64,000 nucleotides of DNA from Desulfuromonadaceae bacterium (GTDB lineage: Bacteria > Desulfobacterota > Desulfuromonadia > Desulfuromonadales > JAAYDE01), in the NCBI GenBank assembly GCA_012512925.1, contig JAAZDE010000010.1, positions 6,417-70,416 of the forward strand. The letters run 5' to 3'. The translations under genes were made by a program, and so were the position numbers. The notes beneath the pieces were generated by a model, which worked only from the letters and a program-made list of their open reading frames with translations, was not told the origin of the DNA and ran no database searches. Within the stretch, counting starts at the first letter, position 1; every line of letters begins with the position of its first letter. Shown here one piece after another: positions 28,972-40,233 of this stretch.

Positions 28972-30345
28972 TCATTCCCCGCGGCGGCGATGCAGAAACA
29001 GATCGCCAACCTGATAAACATTGCCGGCGCCAAGGGTCAGCACCATGTCCCCCGCTTTCACTTCGCTGAGCAGATGTTCCACCACCTCTTGCTGGCCTGG
29101 ACGATAGACACAGTTGCGATGGCCGTGACGGCTGATGCCTTCCGCCAGAGTGCGGGCCGAGATCCCCTCGATGGGATCCTCCCCGGCGGGGTAGATATCC
29201 ATCAGAATCAGCAGATCGGCATTGTAAAAAGCGGTCAGAAAATCCTCGAACAAAGCTCTTGTTCTGGTGTAGCGATGGGGCTGAAAAACCACCACCAAAC
29301 GCCGATCCCAGCCGGAGCGGGCCGCCGCCAGGGTCGCCTTGACCTCGGTCGGATGATGTCCGTAATCGTCCACCACCATGATCTCCTGATCCTCATGACG
29401 AATCTGAAAACGGCGCTGCACCCCGCCGAAACCGTTCAGCGCCTCGAGGATGGCAGCGAAGGGGAGATCGAGCTCCCGAGACACGGCGATAGTGGCCAGG
29501 GCATTCAACACATTGTGTTTGCCGGGCAGATTCAGGGTCACTTCACCGATTTTGTCTCCTTTGCAGGAAGGAACAAAGGTCGTCGTGAGTTGCTCATGAC
29601 GGATATCGAAGGCGCAGTAATCGGCCTGCGAATTGAGCCCATAGGTGACAAAACGCTTTTTCACCTGGGGAATCAGGGGCTGCACATTGGGATTGTCGAG
29701 GCAGAGCACAGCCAGACCGTAAAAGGGAATTTTATTGATGAAGGTGGTGAAACTCTCTTTGATATGATCCAGGTCCCGATAGTAATCGAGATGCTCTTCG
29801 TCGATATTGGTGACTACGGCAATGGTCGGGCTGAGACGAAGGAAAGAGCCGTCCGATTCATCCGCTTCCGCCACCAGGAACTCTCCCTGGCCGAGTTTGG
29901 CATTGGAACCGAAGGCATCGACACGGCCGCCGATCACAGCCGTCGGATCGATGCCGCAGCGGGAAAGAACGGTGGCGATCATGCTGGTGGTAGTGGTCTT
30001 GCCGTGGGCCCCGGCCACGGCGATGCCGTATTTCATGCGCATCAGTTCGGCCAGCATCTCTGCCCGGGGAATAACCGGTATCAAGCGCTGTTTGGCGGCA
30101 AGCACCTCAGGGTTGTCGAAGCGGACGGCGGTGGAGGTGACCACCACATCGGCTTCCTGCAGATTTTCGACGGCATGTCCCAAAGTGATGCACCCTCCCA
30201 AACGCGCCAGGCGCTGGGTGATCTCACTCTCGCGAAGGTCGGAACCGGAAACCCGGTAGCCGAGATTGAGCAATACCTCGGCAATGCCGCTCATGCCGAT
30301 GCCGCCGATGCCGACGAAGTGGATATTGCGGATCTTTCCGTACAT
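28972..30345 (-). CDS. murC: UDP-N-acetylmuramate--L-alanine ligase
   Basis: ORF trimmed to ATG 30345 ([23 protein letters not shown]...). P-loop [10 protein letters not shown]. Confidence 0.93.
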   Translation of the reverse strand: MYGKIRNIHFVGIGGIGMSGIAEVLLNLGYRVSGSDLRESEITQRLARLGGCITLGHAVENLQEADVVVTSTAVRFDNPEVLAAKQRLIPVIPRAEMLAELMRMKYGIAVAGAHGKTTTTSMIATVLSRCGIDPTAVIGGRVDAFGSNAKLGQGEFLVAEADESDGSFLRLSPTIAVVTNIDEEHLDYYRDLDHIKESFTTFINKIPFYGLAVLCLDNPNVQPLIPQVKKRFVTYGLNSQADYCAFDIRHEQLTTTFVPSCKGDKIGEVTLNLPGKHNVLNALATIAVSRELDLPFAAILEALNGFGGVQRRFQIRHEDQEIMVVDDYGHHPTEVKATLAAARSGWDRRLVVVFQPHRYTRTRALFEDFLTAFYNADLLILMDIYPAGEDPIEGISARTLAEGISRHGHRNCVYRPGQQEVVEHLLSEVKAGDMVLTLGAGNVYQVGDLFLHRRRGE

Positions 30346-30353
30346 GGCGTCAG

Positions 30354-31436
30354 TCACTCCTTGCCGGCCGCGGCCACCGCCCGGCATTCCCGCAGGATTG
30401 CCTCGGCGGCTTTGGGCCTGGCTTGATTACGCATCGCTTCACTCATCTTCAGCAACCGTTTCCGGTCACCGATCAATTCATTGATTGTCGCTGCCAACCG
30501 CTCCGCAGTCCCATCGGCCTGCGGAAGCAGCAGGGCGGCGGCGGCCTGTTCCAGGGCCAGGGCGTTTCTGGTCTGATGATCCTTGGCGGCGTGAGGGAAA
30601 GGAATCAGCACCGCCGGCCGGCCGCTGGCGGCCAGTTCCGCCACCGTGGTGGCCCCGGCCCGGCAGACCACCAGCCAGGCCTGGCCATAGGCCTCGGCCA
30701 TGTCATCGATGAAGGAAACCACTCCGGCAGCATCCCAGCCCGCCTTGCGATAGCTTTCGCGGACTGTGGCCAATTCCACGGAACCGGTCTGGTGATGAAT
30801 AGTCAATCGGCCGCGCAGGCCCTCGAGCAACGGCAGCGCCTCCGTTACCATCCGATTGATCGCCTGGGCCCCCTGGCTGCCCCCGAAAACCAGCAATCGC
30901 GGATCGCCTTCGGGGAGCGGCGGACAGGCGGCGATCCCCTCCCTTACCGGATTGCCGGTGACAACTGTGCGTCCGGCGGGAAAATATTCCGCGGTATCGG
31001 CAAAAGAGAGGCAGACACGCCGCGCCCAGCGTCCCATGATCCGGTTGACCCCCCCGGGAAAGGCATTCTGTTCGTGGATCACATAGGGGACCCCTCTGAG
31101 CCGCGCCGCGATCAGCAAGGGAGCCGAGGCGTAGCCGCCGACCCCGAGAACCAGATCGGGACGAAAGCCCGCCAGTAGCCGCAGGGACCGGACGACACCT
31201 TTGAGCAACAGCCAGAAAAACATCATCCTCTCTCCCAACGACTTGCCCACGAATCCCCTGATATCGATCATCTCCAGGCGGAAACCCCGTTCCGGCACAA
31301 CCTTCGCCTCCAGGCCGCGGTTGGTGCCGACAAACAGCACCTGGTCGTTTTTCCCTTCGTTCCGAAGCGCCTCCGCCAGGGCCAACGCCGGAAAAACATG
31401 GCCGCCGGTGCCGCCGCCAGCAATAAGCAGCCTCAT
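30354..31436 (-). CDS. murG: UDP-GlcNAc:lipid I GlcNAc transferase MurG
   Basis: The 487-aa track ORF is trimmed to ATG 31436 ([19 protein letters not shown]...), which overlaps the ftsW stop (ATGA). Confidence 0.93.
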   Translation of the reverse strand: MRLLIAGGGTGGHVFPALALAEALRNEGKNDQVLFVGTNRGLEAKVVPERGFRLEMIDIRGFVGKSLGERMMFFWLLLKGVVRSLRLLAGFRPDLVLGVGGYASAPLLIAARLRGVPYVIHEQNAFPGGVNRIMGRWARRVCLSFADTAEYFPAGRTVVTGNPVREGIAACPPLPEGDPRLLVFGGSQGAQAINRMVTEALPLLEGLRGRLTIHHQTGSVELATVRESYRKAGWDAAGVVSFIDDMAEAYGQAWLVVCRAGATTVAELAASGRPAVLIPFPHAAKDHQTRNALALEQAAAALLLPQADGTAERLAATINELIGDRKRLLKMSEAMRNQARPKAAEAILRECRAVAAAGKE

Positions 31437-32554
31437 GTCTTGGCCTCGCCTGGATGGCGGGAAACGCTGAGCAAAATTCCCACCGCCAAAAGACAGCAAA
31501 CCAGACTCGACCCGCCGTAGGAGATGAACGGCAAGGCCATCCCCTTCGGAGGAAGCATTCCCAGCACCACGGCGATGTTGAGAAAAGCCTCCATACCGAG
31601 CAATACCGTCAAACCGAAAGCGAGATTGCAGCCAAATTCGTCGGCGGCGCCAAGGGCTACCCGCATTCCCAGCACCACCAGCAGCAGAAACATCCCCGCC
31701 ACCACCAGCACACCGATGAAGCCGAGTTCCTCCCCCAGCACCGAAAAGATGAAATCGGTGTGGGCTTCCGGAAGATAGAACAGTTTCTGCAGCCCCTGTC
31801 CCAGCCCCTGTCCCCAAAGGCCGCCGCCGTCAAAGGCGATCTGACTCTGAATGATCTGGTAGCCCGATTTGTCGGGACTCTCCCAGGGATTCAGGAAAGC
31901 CATCAAACGCTCCCGCCGGTAGGGCACCTTGACGATGGCCAGATAGAGAACCGGCGCCACCAGGGCCGCCATGGCGAACAGATAGCGCAGTTTCACCCCG
32001 GCCGCGAACATCATCGTCACTCCCACCGCCCCGATCACCACCGCGCTTCCCAGGTCGGGCTCGCGAAGGATGAGAATGAGCAGAGCGCCGAGAACCAGCA
32101 CATAAGGCAGAAATCCTTTCGTGAAACTGCGCACACGGTCCTGCTTTTTGGCCAGGGAGTGGGCCAGGTAGATCACCAGGGCGATTTTGGCCAACTCGGA
32201 AGGCTGGATGGAGATTCCGGCGAAACGGAACCAGCGCACGGCGCCGTTGGCCGAATGGCCCACCCCCGGAATCAGCAGCAGGGACAACATTCCCAGACAG
32301 AGCAGCAGCAGCGGGACGGCCAGCCGGCGCAGATGCCGGTAATCAAAATACATGGCGCAGACCATGGCGACAAAACCGGTGGCCACATAAATACCCTGTC
32401 TTTTGAGGAAAAAGAAGCTGTCGTTGTGGCGCTCCATGGCCATCACCGCCGAAGCGGAATAGACCATCACCACTCCCAGGCAGCTCAGCACCACCGCCAG
32501 CAGAAGAATGGCCATGTCAAAATCTTTAGCCTGCGCCGCCGCTTGCTGCTGCAT
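31433..32554 (-). CDS. ftsW: Lipid II flippase / SEDS protein FtsW
   Basis: SEDS-family multi-TM protein in the dcw position. ATG 32554 sits behind SD GGAGGAAAGGAAAG and overlaps the murD 3' end by 29 nt. Alternative start at ATG 32515. Confidence 0.9.
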   Translation of the reverse strand: MQQQAAAQAKDFDMAILLLAVVLSCLGVVMVYSASAVMAMERHNDSFFFLKRQGIYVATGFVAMVCAMYFDYRHLRRLAVPLLLLCLGMLSLLLIPGVGHSANGAVRWFRFAGISIQPSELAKIALVIYLAHSLAKKQDRVRSFTKGFLPYVLVLGALLILILREPDLGSAVVIGAVGVTMMFAAGVKLRYLFAMAALVAPVLYLAIVKVPYRRERLMAFLNPWESPDKSGYQIIQSQIAFDGGGLWGQGLGQGLQKLFYLPEAHTDFIFSVLGEELGFIGVLVVAGMFLLLVVLGMRVALGAADEFGCNLAFGLTVLLGMEAFLNIAVVLGMLPPKGMALPFISYGGSSLVCCLLAVGILLSVSRHPGEAKT

Positions 32555-33908
32555 CTTTCCTTTCCTCCAGACCGAGAACCAGTTCCGAGAACTGCCTTCC
32601 ACGGTCTTCAAAACTGGTAAACATGTCGAAACTGGAGCAGGCCGGAGAAAGCAGCACGCTCCCGCCGAAGGGGGTCAGTTCCCTGGCCAGGTCCACCGCC
32701 TCCCTAAGACCGGCGGCGCGGACGACATGGGTGGCATCCAGCAGGGCTTCTTCCATGCGGGACGCCGCCTCGCCAATGAGGATCAGATGGGCGACCTTGT
32801 CCCGCAGCGGCTGCCGCAGAGGTGCATAGTCCCCTCCTTTATCCTTGCCGCCGGCGATCAGGGTCACCGGCGAAGCGAGTCCGGCCAGGCTCTTGACCAC
32901 GCTGCCGACGTTGGTTCCTTTGGAATCGTTATACCAGGCCACTCCATCAAGAGTACGCACCAGGACCATGCGGTGTTCCAGGCCGCCGAAGGAGCAGACC
33001 GCTTCCCAGGCCAGGGAGGGAGGGCAACCCTCCAGCAACGCGGGAACCAGCGCCGCCATGACGTTTTCCACATTATGCAGGCCGCGGAGACGAAGTTCCG
33101 CCGCCGCAAAGCGCCGTTCCTCGCCCTGCCAACACCAGACGATCTCGCTCCCGTTGAAACCGATGCCCTGGGGGAGTTCTTGCCGGGATGAAAACAACAC
33201 CCGTTGCGCCCGAACCCGGCCCGCCAATTCCATGACCAGGGGATCGTCGGCATTGAGCACCGCCGTGTCGGAGGACTCCATGTTAAGGAACAGATTGGCC
33301 TTGGCCGCCGTGTAGGCCCCCATATTCGGATAGCGGTCGAGATGGTCCTCGGTGATGTTGAGCATCAGCCCATAGCGGGGACGGAAGGTAAGGATCGCCT
33401 CCAGCTGGAAGGAGGAGACCTCGGCAACGATCCAGTCCCATCCCTTTTCCTCCGCGGCGCAGATCAGCGGCATGCCGAGATTGCCGCCGACAAAGGTCTT
33501 TTTCCCCCAGCACGAGAAAATCAGGCCGATCAGAGTGGTCACCGTCGACTTGCCATTGGTGCCGGCCACTGCCACCATGGGGGCACGAAGCTCCTCAAAG
33601 GCCAGTTCGATTTCGCCGATGACCGGCGTGCCCCGTCGCACCGCCGCCGCCAGCAACGGTTGGGTCAAGGGAACGCCGGGGCTGATTACGATCAGATCGG
33701 CGGCGGAAAAACAGGCTTCGCTGTGTCCGGCCAGGTCGAAGGCCACCTCGAGTTCGGCCAATCCCTCCAGGCCGGCGAGGTTTGCGGCGGCGCGCTGGTC
33801 GGAGAGGGTCACCCGTCCCCCCTGGGCCGCCAGATAGCGGGCCAGCGCCAAACCTGAACGGGCGGCGCCGACAACCACGATATTGCTGCCGCGGATCATA
33901 AAACCCAT
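32526..33908 (-). CDS. murD: UDP-N-acetylmuramoylalanine--D-glutamate ligase
   Basis: VVGAARSGLA N-terminus and P-loop AGTNGKSTV. Confidence 0.93.
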   Translation of the reverse strand: MGFMIRGSNIVVVGAARSGLALARYLAAQGGRVTLSDQRAAANLAGLEGLAELEVAFDLAGHSEACFSAADLIVISPGVPLTQPLLAAAVRRGTPVIGEIELAFEELRAPMVAVAGTNGKSTVTTLIGLIFSCWGKKTFVGGNLGMPLICAAEEKGWDWIVAEVSSFQLEAILTFRPRYGLMLNITEDHLDRYPNMGAYTAAKANLFLNMESSDTAVLNADDPLVMELAGRVRAQRVLFSSRQELPQGIGFNGSEIVWCWQGEERRFAAAELRLRGLHNVENVMAALVPALLEGCPPSLAWEAVCSFGGLEHRMVLVRTLDGVAWYNDSKGTNVGSVVKSLAGLASPVTLIAGGKDKGGDYAPLRQPLRDKVAHLILIGEAASRMEEALLDATHVVRAAGLREAVDLARELTPFGGSVLLSPACSSFDMFTSFEDRGRQFSELVLGLEERKDAAASGGAG

Positions 33909-33909
33909 A

Positions 33910-34986
33910 TCACCTCAGTTTGAGCGTCGATAACGCCAGCAGGGCGAGGATGATGTTGATAATCCAGAAGCGGACGATAATCTTCGGCTCCGCCCACCCC
34001 TTCAATTCAAAATGGTGATGGATCGGGGCCATGCGGAAGATCCGCCGCCCCCACAACTTGAAGGAGGTGACCTGGAAAATGACCGACAGGGTCTCCACCA
34101 CAAAGATCCCGCCCACCAGAATCAGCACCAGTTCCTGTTTGACGATCACCGCCACCGTCCCCAGCGCCCCGCCCAGGGCCAGACTCCCCACATCCCCCAT
34201 AAAGACCTGAGCGGGATAGGTGTTGAACCAGAGAAAACCCAATCCGGCGCCCGCCATGGCGGCGCAGAAAATCGCCAATTCCCCCGCCCCCTGAACGCTG
34301 CTGATCTGCAGATAGGCGGCCAGTTTGGCATTCCCGGCCACATAGGCGAAGAGCAGATAGGTGCCCGAGGCAATGATCATCGGTCCGATGGCCAGGCCGT
34401 CGAGGCCGTCGGTAAGGTTGACGGCGTTGCCGGCGCCAACGATGATAAAAATCACAAAAGGGATGAAAAAGAGCCCCAGGTCGGGACGCAGGTTCTTGAA
34501 AAAGGGGAAGACCAGGATCGGCTGAAAGGGGGGATAGAAAAAAAGACCGATGGAGGCAATGAAAGCGATCAGCAGCAGCCAGCCCATTTTGGCCCGCGCC
34601 GACAGACCGTCGCTGCTATGGTTTTTGACTTTGCGCCAGTCGTCGACAAAGCCGACGGCGCCGAAACCGATGGTCACCATAAGGGTAATCCAGATATAGA
34701 AATTTCTCAGATCGGCCCACAACAGAGTCGGCAGCACCAGTGACAACAGGATCAGCGTTCCCCCCATGGTCGGCGTCCCTTCCTTCTTCAGATGACTCTG
34801 CGGCCCCTCCTTGCGGATGCTCTGACCGATCTGCAGGCTGGAAAGCTTGTCGATAAGCCAGGGGCCCAGAATGAAGGCGATGACCAGGGCGGTGATGGCG
34901 GCATAAATCGACCGGAAGGTGATGTACCGGAAGACGTAAAACCCGGAAAATTCGGTATGCAGGGGGTAAAGTAGATGATAAAGCAC
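33910..34986 (-). CDS. mraY: Phospho-N-acetylmuramoyl-pentapeptide transferase
   Basis: MraY-like over the full length (MLYHLLYPL..., [13 protein letters not shown]). GTG start. Confidence 0.95.
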   Translation of the reverse strand: MLYHLLYPLHTEFSGFYVFRYITFRSIYAAITALVIAFILGPWLIDKLSSLQIGQSIRKEGPQSHLKKEGTPTMGGTLILLSLVLPTLLWADLRNFYIWITLMVTIGFGAVGFVDDWRKVKNHSSDGLSARAKMGWLLLIAFIASIGLFFYPPFQPILVFPFFKNLRPDLGLFFIPFVIFIIVGAGNAVNLTDGLDGLAIGPMIIASGTYLLFAYVAGNAKLAAYLQISSVQGAGELAIFCAAMAGAGLGFLWFNTYPAQVFMGDVGSLALGGALGTVAVIVKQELVLILVGGIFVVETLSVIFQVTSFKLWGRRIFRMAPIHHHFELKGWAEPKIIVRFWIINIILALLALSTLKLR

Positions 34987-34996
34987 GGTTCCCCTC

Positions 34997-36391
34997 TCAG
35001 ACCTCCCTTGTTGATATTCCGCCGGACTCCTCCAGCAATTGGCGCACCCGTTCCATTTTCATGCCCCGCGATCCTTTCAGCAGAACTCGGTCGCCGGAGC
35101 GCAGCAGGCGGCGCAGAAGGGCTGCCGCCGCCCCATGGTCGGCACATTGGAAAATCGTTTCCGGCCGCATTCCGCCCTTCACCGCGCCCCGTCCCATGGC
35201 GGCGGCATCCTTCCCGACCAGGATGAGGATATCGAGCAGGGCGGCCCCCTTTTCGCCGACTTCAAAGTGAAGCGCTTCGGACTGTTCGCCCAGTTCCAGC
35301 ATGTCGCCGAGGACGGCGATTCTGCGCCCTCCCTCCGTCATCTCGGCCAGAGCATTCAGAGCCGCAGTGACGGAAAGAGGATTGGCGTTATAAGTATCGT
35401 CGAGAAGTATGATCCCTTGCCCCAGAGGGCAAATCTCCATCCTGCCCCGCAATCGGGAAAAACCCTCCAACCCCCGCACCACCAATTCCACCGGGATGTC
35501 GAGGCAAAAAGCCGCGGCGGCGGCGGCCAGAGCATTGGAGACATTGTGCTGCCCCCGAACCGGCAGCCGAACGGGATAGAGTCCGTCAGGCAGACGAAGA
35601 TTGAAGGAGACGCCTTCGCCATCGGTTTTAGCATCCTCACCTCGCACCTGGGCCTCGGCGGAGAAGCCGTACAGAACCCGGTTGACGCCGTTGGCCACGG
35701 GCACCAGCATGACACGGGGGTCATCGGCGTTGAGTACCGCGGAAGCCCCCGGTTGGAGACCGGCAAAGAGTTCCCCCTTGGCGCGGGCCACCCCGTCCAG
35801 ACCCTGCATTCCTTCCAGATGACAGAGACCGATATTGGTGATAACCCCCACCGTCGGCTGAGCGATCTGGGTCAGGCGGGCGATTTCCCCCCGCTGGCTG
35901 GCCCCCATCTCGACCACGATCCATTGGTGTTCGGCGGTCAATTTAAGCAGCGTCAGGGGGAGGCCGATAAGGTTGTTGAAGTTCCCCTCGCTTTTGAGTC
36001 CCGGTCCGGTCAAGGCCAGGATGGCGGAGAGCATTTCCTTGGTGGTCGACTTGCCGCTGGAGCCGGTCACCCCCACCACCGGCCCCGTGAAGCCGGCCCG
36101 CAGGGTTGCGGCGAGATCCCCGAGCGCAGTCAGGGTGTCCTCGACCATGATGACCGGGACCGAGAGGCCGGCGCAGAGGTCTTCCGAAAGGCAGGCGGCG
36201 GCACCCCGCCGCACCGCCTCCAGGAGAAAATCGTGCCCGTCGAAATGTTCGCCGCGCAACGGAATGAAGAGGTCCCCCGGGCGCAAGGTGCGACTGTCGG
36301 TGGAGAAACCGGTCACCACCACTTTGGCGTCACCACGGCTGACCTTCCCGTTCACCACCTTGGTGATCTTCTGAATGTCCAGCGTCTTCAA
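34997..36391 (-). CDS. murF: UDP-MurNAc-tripeptide--D-alanyl-D-alanine ligase
   Basis: P-loop [14 protein letters not shown] start overlaps the murE stop (TTGA). Confidence 0.9.
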   Translation of the reverse strand: MKTLDIQKITKVVNGKVSRGDAKVVVTGFSTDSRTLRPGDLFIPLRGEHFDGHDFLLEAVRRGAAACLSEDLCAGLSVPVIMVEDTLTALGDLAATLRAGFTGPVVGVTGSSGKSTTKEMLSAILALTGPGLKSEGNFNNLIGLPLTLLKLTAEHQWIVVEMGASQRGEIARLTQIAQPTVGVITNIGLCHLEGMQGLDGVARAKGELFAGLQPGASAVLNADDPRVMLVPVANGVNRVLYGFSAEAQVRGEDAKTDGEGVSFNLRLPDGLYPVRLPVRGQHNVSNALAAAAAAFCLDIPVELVVRGLEGFSRLRGRMEICPLGQGIILLDDTYNANPLSVTAALNALAEMTEGGRRIAVLGDMLELGEQSEALHFEVGEKGAALLDILILVGKDAAAMGRGAVKGGMRPETIFQCADHGAAAALLRRLLRSGDRVLLKGSRGMKMERVRQLLEESGGISTREV

Positions 36392-37896
36392 GAATCCCCC
36401 ATGTCATTCCGCAAAGCGTTTCGGATCTCCTCGCGATCATCGAAATGCAGCCGTCTTCCGCCGATGATCTGATAATCCTCATGCCCCTTGCCGGCCACCA
36501 GCAAAACATCTCCCGGCGCCAATAAAGAAACGGCGTAGGCGATCGCTTCGCGGCGTTCGGGGAGGACGGTAAAGCCTCCACCCGGATTACGGCGATACTC
36601 CTCCGGGGAGCGTTCCACTCGGCCAGTGGGACGGACCCCCCCCTTGATCTGCTCCAGAATGGCCAGCGGATCCTCGCTTCGCGGATTGTCCGAAGTCAGA
36701 ATGACCAGGTCGGACAACTGGCCGACGACCTGCCCCATGCGAGGACGCTTGCTGCGGTCACGGTCGCCGCCGCACCCAAAAGCGGTTACCAGCCTGACCG
36801 GCGCCATTTCCTTCAAGGCCCGCAAAACCGACTGCAAGCCTTCCGCGGTATGGGCGTAATCGACCAGAATCACGGCACCGCGGTCGTTATCGACCATCTC
36901 CAAACGCCCCGGCACCTGCGGGGCGTTGCGGATCCCCTCTTCCACCGCGGCAACCGGAAGACCGGCCGCCAGGGCCGCCGCCGCCGCCACCATCAGATTG
37001 GATAAGTTGTAGGAGCCGAACAGTCGGGAACAAAGGTGAATCGGCCCCTGGGGGGTGATCAGCACCCCTTCGGTGCCGCTGAAGGAACTGTGGATCTCCC
37101 CGGCGCGGACAGCCGCTTCGGAGGTGCCGCCGCAGGTCAAAGCCCCTTTCATTTCCAGGGCGAGACGCAGACCGTAGGGATCGTCGACATTGATCACCCG
37201 GCGCCCCCCCGCCCCGACAAAATCGCTGAAAAGCCTTCGCTTGGCGGCAAAATAGCGCTTCATGTCACCGTGATAGTCGAGGTGTTCCGGGGTGAGGTTG
37301 GTGAAAGCGGCGACATCGAAGAGAAATCCTTCCACGCGATGCTGTTCAAGACCATGGGAGGATACCTCCATAATCACCGTATCGGCGCCGTCCCGCCGAA
37401 AACCGGCGATCAGGCCGAGCAGATCGACCGACTCGGGGGTAGTATGGGGCGCAGGGTGAACGGTATTCTCGAATCGATAATTCACCGTTCCCAAAACCGC
37501 CGGCCTTCTTCCGGCCGCCCGGAAAATGGCTTCCAACTGATAACAGACCGTGGTTTTTCCATTGGTTCCCGTCACCCCGACCACCGTCATTCCCTGCAAC
37601 GGATCCTCGTAGAAACGCAAGGCCGCCACGGCCATCGCCTTGCGGGCGTTTGCCACCACGATTCCTGCCACATGATCGGGAAGAGACAGAGGGCGTTCGG
37701 CGACCACGGCGACCGCTCCGTTGGCCAAGGCCGCCGGGACGAATTGACAACCATCGGCACAGGTCCCGGGCAGAGCGAAGAAAAGCCCTCCCGGCCGCAC
37801 CTGGCGCGAGTCGTAATAGAGACCGCTGACCTCCAGGTCCCCAGGACCGGTAACCGCTACAGGAGCAAGGCTTTTGGTCAGCTCGGCGATACGCAT
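36388..37896 (-). CDS. murE: UDP-MurNAc-L-Ala-D-Glu--2,6-diaminopimelate ligase
   Basis: ORF trimmed to ATG 37896 (MRIAELTKSL..., SD AAGGGAAGG). P-loop GVTGTNGKTT. Confidence 0.92.
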   Translation of the reverse strand: MRIAELTKSLAPVAVTGPGDLEVSGLYYDSRQVRPGGLFFALPGTCADGCQFVPAALANGAVAVVAERPLSLPDHVAGIVVANARKAMAVAALRFYEDPLQGMTVVGVTGTNGKTTVCYQLEAIFRAAGRRPAVLGTVNYRFENTVHPAPHTTPESVDLLGLIAGFRRDGADTVIMEVSSHGLEQHRVEGFLFDVAAFTNLTPEHLDYHGDMKRYFAAKRRLFSDFVGAGGRRVINVDDPYGLRLALEMKGALTCGGTSEAAVRAGEIHSSFSGTEGVLITPQGPIHLCSRLFGSYNLSNLMVAAAAALAAGLPVAAVEEGIRNAPQVPGRLEMVDNDRGAVILVDYAHTAEGLQSVLRALKEMAPVRLVTAFGCGGDRDRSKRPRMGQVVGQLSDLVILTSDNPRSEDPLAILEQIKGGVRPTGRVERSPEEYRRNPGGGFTVLPERREAIAYAVSLLAPGDVLLVAGKGHEDYQIIGGRRLHFDDREEIRNALRNDMGDS

Positions 37897-37927
37897 AATG
37901 GACAACCTTCCCTTTGCTGCCGGGAAC

Positions 37928-39904
37928 TCATTCGGCCGGGGCGAGACGCACCCAACTCGGTTTCTGATAATGGATCTTTTCTCCGGGGCGGGGGAACTGG
38001 TCGACCACCCGGCCGTAACCTCTGACACTGAGATCCAACTTGTTTTCTTCCATCCAGCAAAGAACCTGACGGATACTCATACCCCGCATATCGGGCATCG
38101 ATTTTGGGCCGGGCGAAAGCGGATTGACCCCGCCGTCGCCAACCGGTCGAGCCGACTCAAAGGCCGTGCTTTCCTGCTGCGCTTCCGGCAAAGGGGTGGC
38201 TTTGGCCTCTACAGTCGGCGGAACATGCAGATACGGGAGGGACTGGGAGGCGATGCGGGAAAAAACGGGAGCCGCCACCACGCCACCGTAGGGGGAGGTT
38301 TCCGGCTCATCGATCATTACCAAAATCACCATGCGCGGAGCATCACTGGGAACCATCCCCACAAAGGAGGCTACCCGCTTGTCGGCAGAATAACCGCCGG
38401 TAACGGCATCGACTTTCTGCGAAGTCCCGGTTTTCCCCGCCACCACAAAGCCCGGCACCACCGCCTGCACCGCCGTTCCCCCCTCCTCCGAGGTCTTTTC
38501 CAGAAGAGAACGGATCCGGTCGGCCACCTCTTTGGACACCACCTGGCGCACCAGCTGCGGCCTTCGCTCCTCCAGAACCGTTCCTTCAGGATCAACGACC
38601 TTTTCCACCACATAAGGTTTCATCAGCATTCCGCCATTGGCCAGTGCGGCGGTGGCTATGGTCATCTGCAGCGGAGTGGCGGTCATCCCCTGACCAAAAG
38701 AGATGGCGGCCAGGTCGAGTTCATACCAGGAGGATGGCGATCGCAACACGCCACTCACCTCGCCGGGGAGATCGATGCCGGTTTTGGCACCGAACCCAAA
38801 TCCGCTCAGATAACGATGAAGCTTGTCCCTTTCCAGACTCTTTCCAATCTTGGCGGCGGCGATGTTGGAACTGACCTTGAGCACATCCTCCACCTTGATC
38901 TTGCCGTAGGGGTGGGTGTCATGAATGAACTTGCCTCCGACCCGATACCGCCCTTTCTCACAGTCGACGACCTGACCGGGGCGCACCACCTTTTCCTCGA
39001 ATGCCGCAGCCAGGACAAACGCCTTGAGCGTGGAACCGGGCTCGTAGTTGTCACAGATGGATCGATTGCGGTAACTGGAGGGGCTGTAACCCTGGAAAGA
39101 ATTGGGATTGAAGGAGGGATAGCTGGCCATGGCCAGAATCCTGCCGGTGGCCGGCTCCACCATCACCACGCTGCCCGCTTTGGCGCGGGCCGCCTTGACC
39201 CCGGCAGCCAGTTCCTTTTCCGCGATATATTGTAAGTTCTTGTCCAGGGTCAAGTAAAGACTGTTCCCTTTGGCCCCCCCCTGAACGACAAAACGGCCGG
39301 CCCCCATCCCTCGGCCCCGTGCATCCACACCGTAGACAAGATAACCGCCCCGGCCCAAAATCTCTTTGTCGTATAGCAGTTCCAAACCCTCCAGCCCCTT
39401 GGGGTCGAGGCCGGTAAAACCAATGATCTGTGCTCCGGTGGCCGAATTGGGATAAAAGCGACGGCTCTCTTCGACGAAGCCGACTCCGGGGAGCTTCAGA
39501 GCCCGCACCTTTTCGCTTTCCGGGGGGGAGATGTGCCGCTTGAGCCAGATAAAGCTTTTTCCCGAAGCGACCTTGGCCCGGACCTCGGCCAACGGCAGGG
39601 AAAGTGCCGCGGCCAAAGCTTTGACGGTGCCGGCGGTATCCTGGACATGACGGGAATTGAGATAGACGGAATCGACATTGATGCTCAGCGCCAAAGCTTC
39701 GCCGCGGCTGTCGAAAATGGTTCCCCTTTGCGGGGTCAGAGGCACACTGCGCTGGTGCTGGAGCCGCGCCTGTTTTTGAAGCCTTTTCTGCTCCACGATC
39801 TGCAGATAATAAGCACGGGCCGTCACCGCGGCGAAACTCACTCCGAACAGAGCGCCGATCAGAATGATGCGGATACGGATCCCTTTTTTCACCATTCCCC
39901 TCAC
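37928..39904 (-). CDS. ftsI: Peptidoglycan D,D-transpeptidase FtsI (PBP3)
   Basis: N-terminal TM segment. SxxK (GSTLKAF), SSN and KTGT motifs. The GTG 39904 start overlaps the ftsL stop (GTGA). Alternative start at ATG 39895. Confidence 0.9.
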   Translation of the reverse strand: MRGMVKKGIRIRIILIGALFGVSFAAVTARAYYLQIVEQKRLQKQARLQHQRSVPLTPQRGTIFDSRGEALALSINVDSVYLNSRHVQDTAGTVKALAAALSLPLAEVRAKVASGKSFIWLKRHISPPESEKVRALKLPGVGFVEESRRFYPNSATGAQIIGFTGLDPKGLEGLELLYDKEILGRGGYLVYGVDARGRGMGAGRFVVQGGAKGNSLYLTLDKNLQYIAEKELAAGVKAARAKAGSVVMVEPATGRILAMASYPSFNPNSFQGYSPSSYRNRSICDNYEPGSTLKAFVLAAAFEEKVVRPGQVVDCEKGRYRVGGKFIHDTHPYGKIKVEDVLKVSSNIAAAKIGKSLERDKLHRYLSGFGFGAKTGIDLPGEVSGVLRSPSSWYELDLAAISFGQGMTATPLQMTIATAALANGGMLMKPYVVEKVVDPEGTVLEERRPQLVRQVVSKEVADRIRSLLEKTSEEGGTAVQAVVPGFVVAGKTGTSQKVDAVTGGYSADKRVASFVGMVPSDAPRMVILVMIDEPETSPYGGVVAAPVFSRIASQSLPYLHVPPTVEAKATPLPEAQQESTAFESARPVGDGGVNPLSPGPKSMPDMRGMSIRQVLCWMEENKLDLSVRGYGRVVDQFPRPGEKIHYQKPSWVRLAPAE

Positions 39905-40233
39905 TTGACGATAATGATCTGCTCCGTTTTCGCTCGGACCATGCCAAGGTCGTTGCGGGCGACTTCTTCAATCCGTTGTGGGCTGCGCAGGCTGGCGACC
40001 TCCAGCTGCATGCAGCGTTCATCCTGTTTTAAATTACGCATTTTCCTTTCCATCCGGGAGATCTCATATTCCAGGCGAACCAGTTCCGTGCGGGACCAGA
40101 CATAAAAGATGGAGATGATGAAGACCACCACGAGAAAGAGGAAAATGGGACAGAGATGGCGGCGGGGGAGGGTCATTCCCACACCTGGCGAGGGGAATCT
40201 CCGTGTCAAGGATTCCGAAGCAGTAACTTTCAT
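39901..40233 (-). CDS. ftsL: Cell division protein FtsL
   Basis: Small bitopic protein (TM IFLFLVVVFIISIFYVW followed by a coiled coil) in the conserved position. ATG 40233 overlaps the rsmH stop (ATGA). Confidence 0.7.
   Translation of the reverse strand: MKVTASESLTRRFPSPGVGMTLPRRHLCPIFLFLVVVFIISIFYVWSRTELVRLEYEISRMERKMRNLKQDERCMQLEVASLRSPQRIEEVARNDLGMVRAKTEQIIIVK

Noticed and set aside
30354-31817. Long N-terminal extensions in track ORFs (murG 487 aa, murE 546 aa, glgP 882 aa, ubiE 295 aa, M16 511 aa and others)
   Set aside because: The extensions overlap the upstream gene, are G/R/P-rich, and precede an internal ATG that yields the family's normal N-terminus. The starts were moved downstream.
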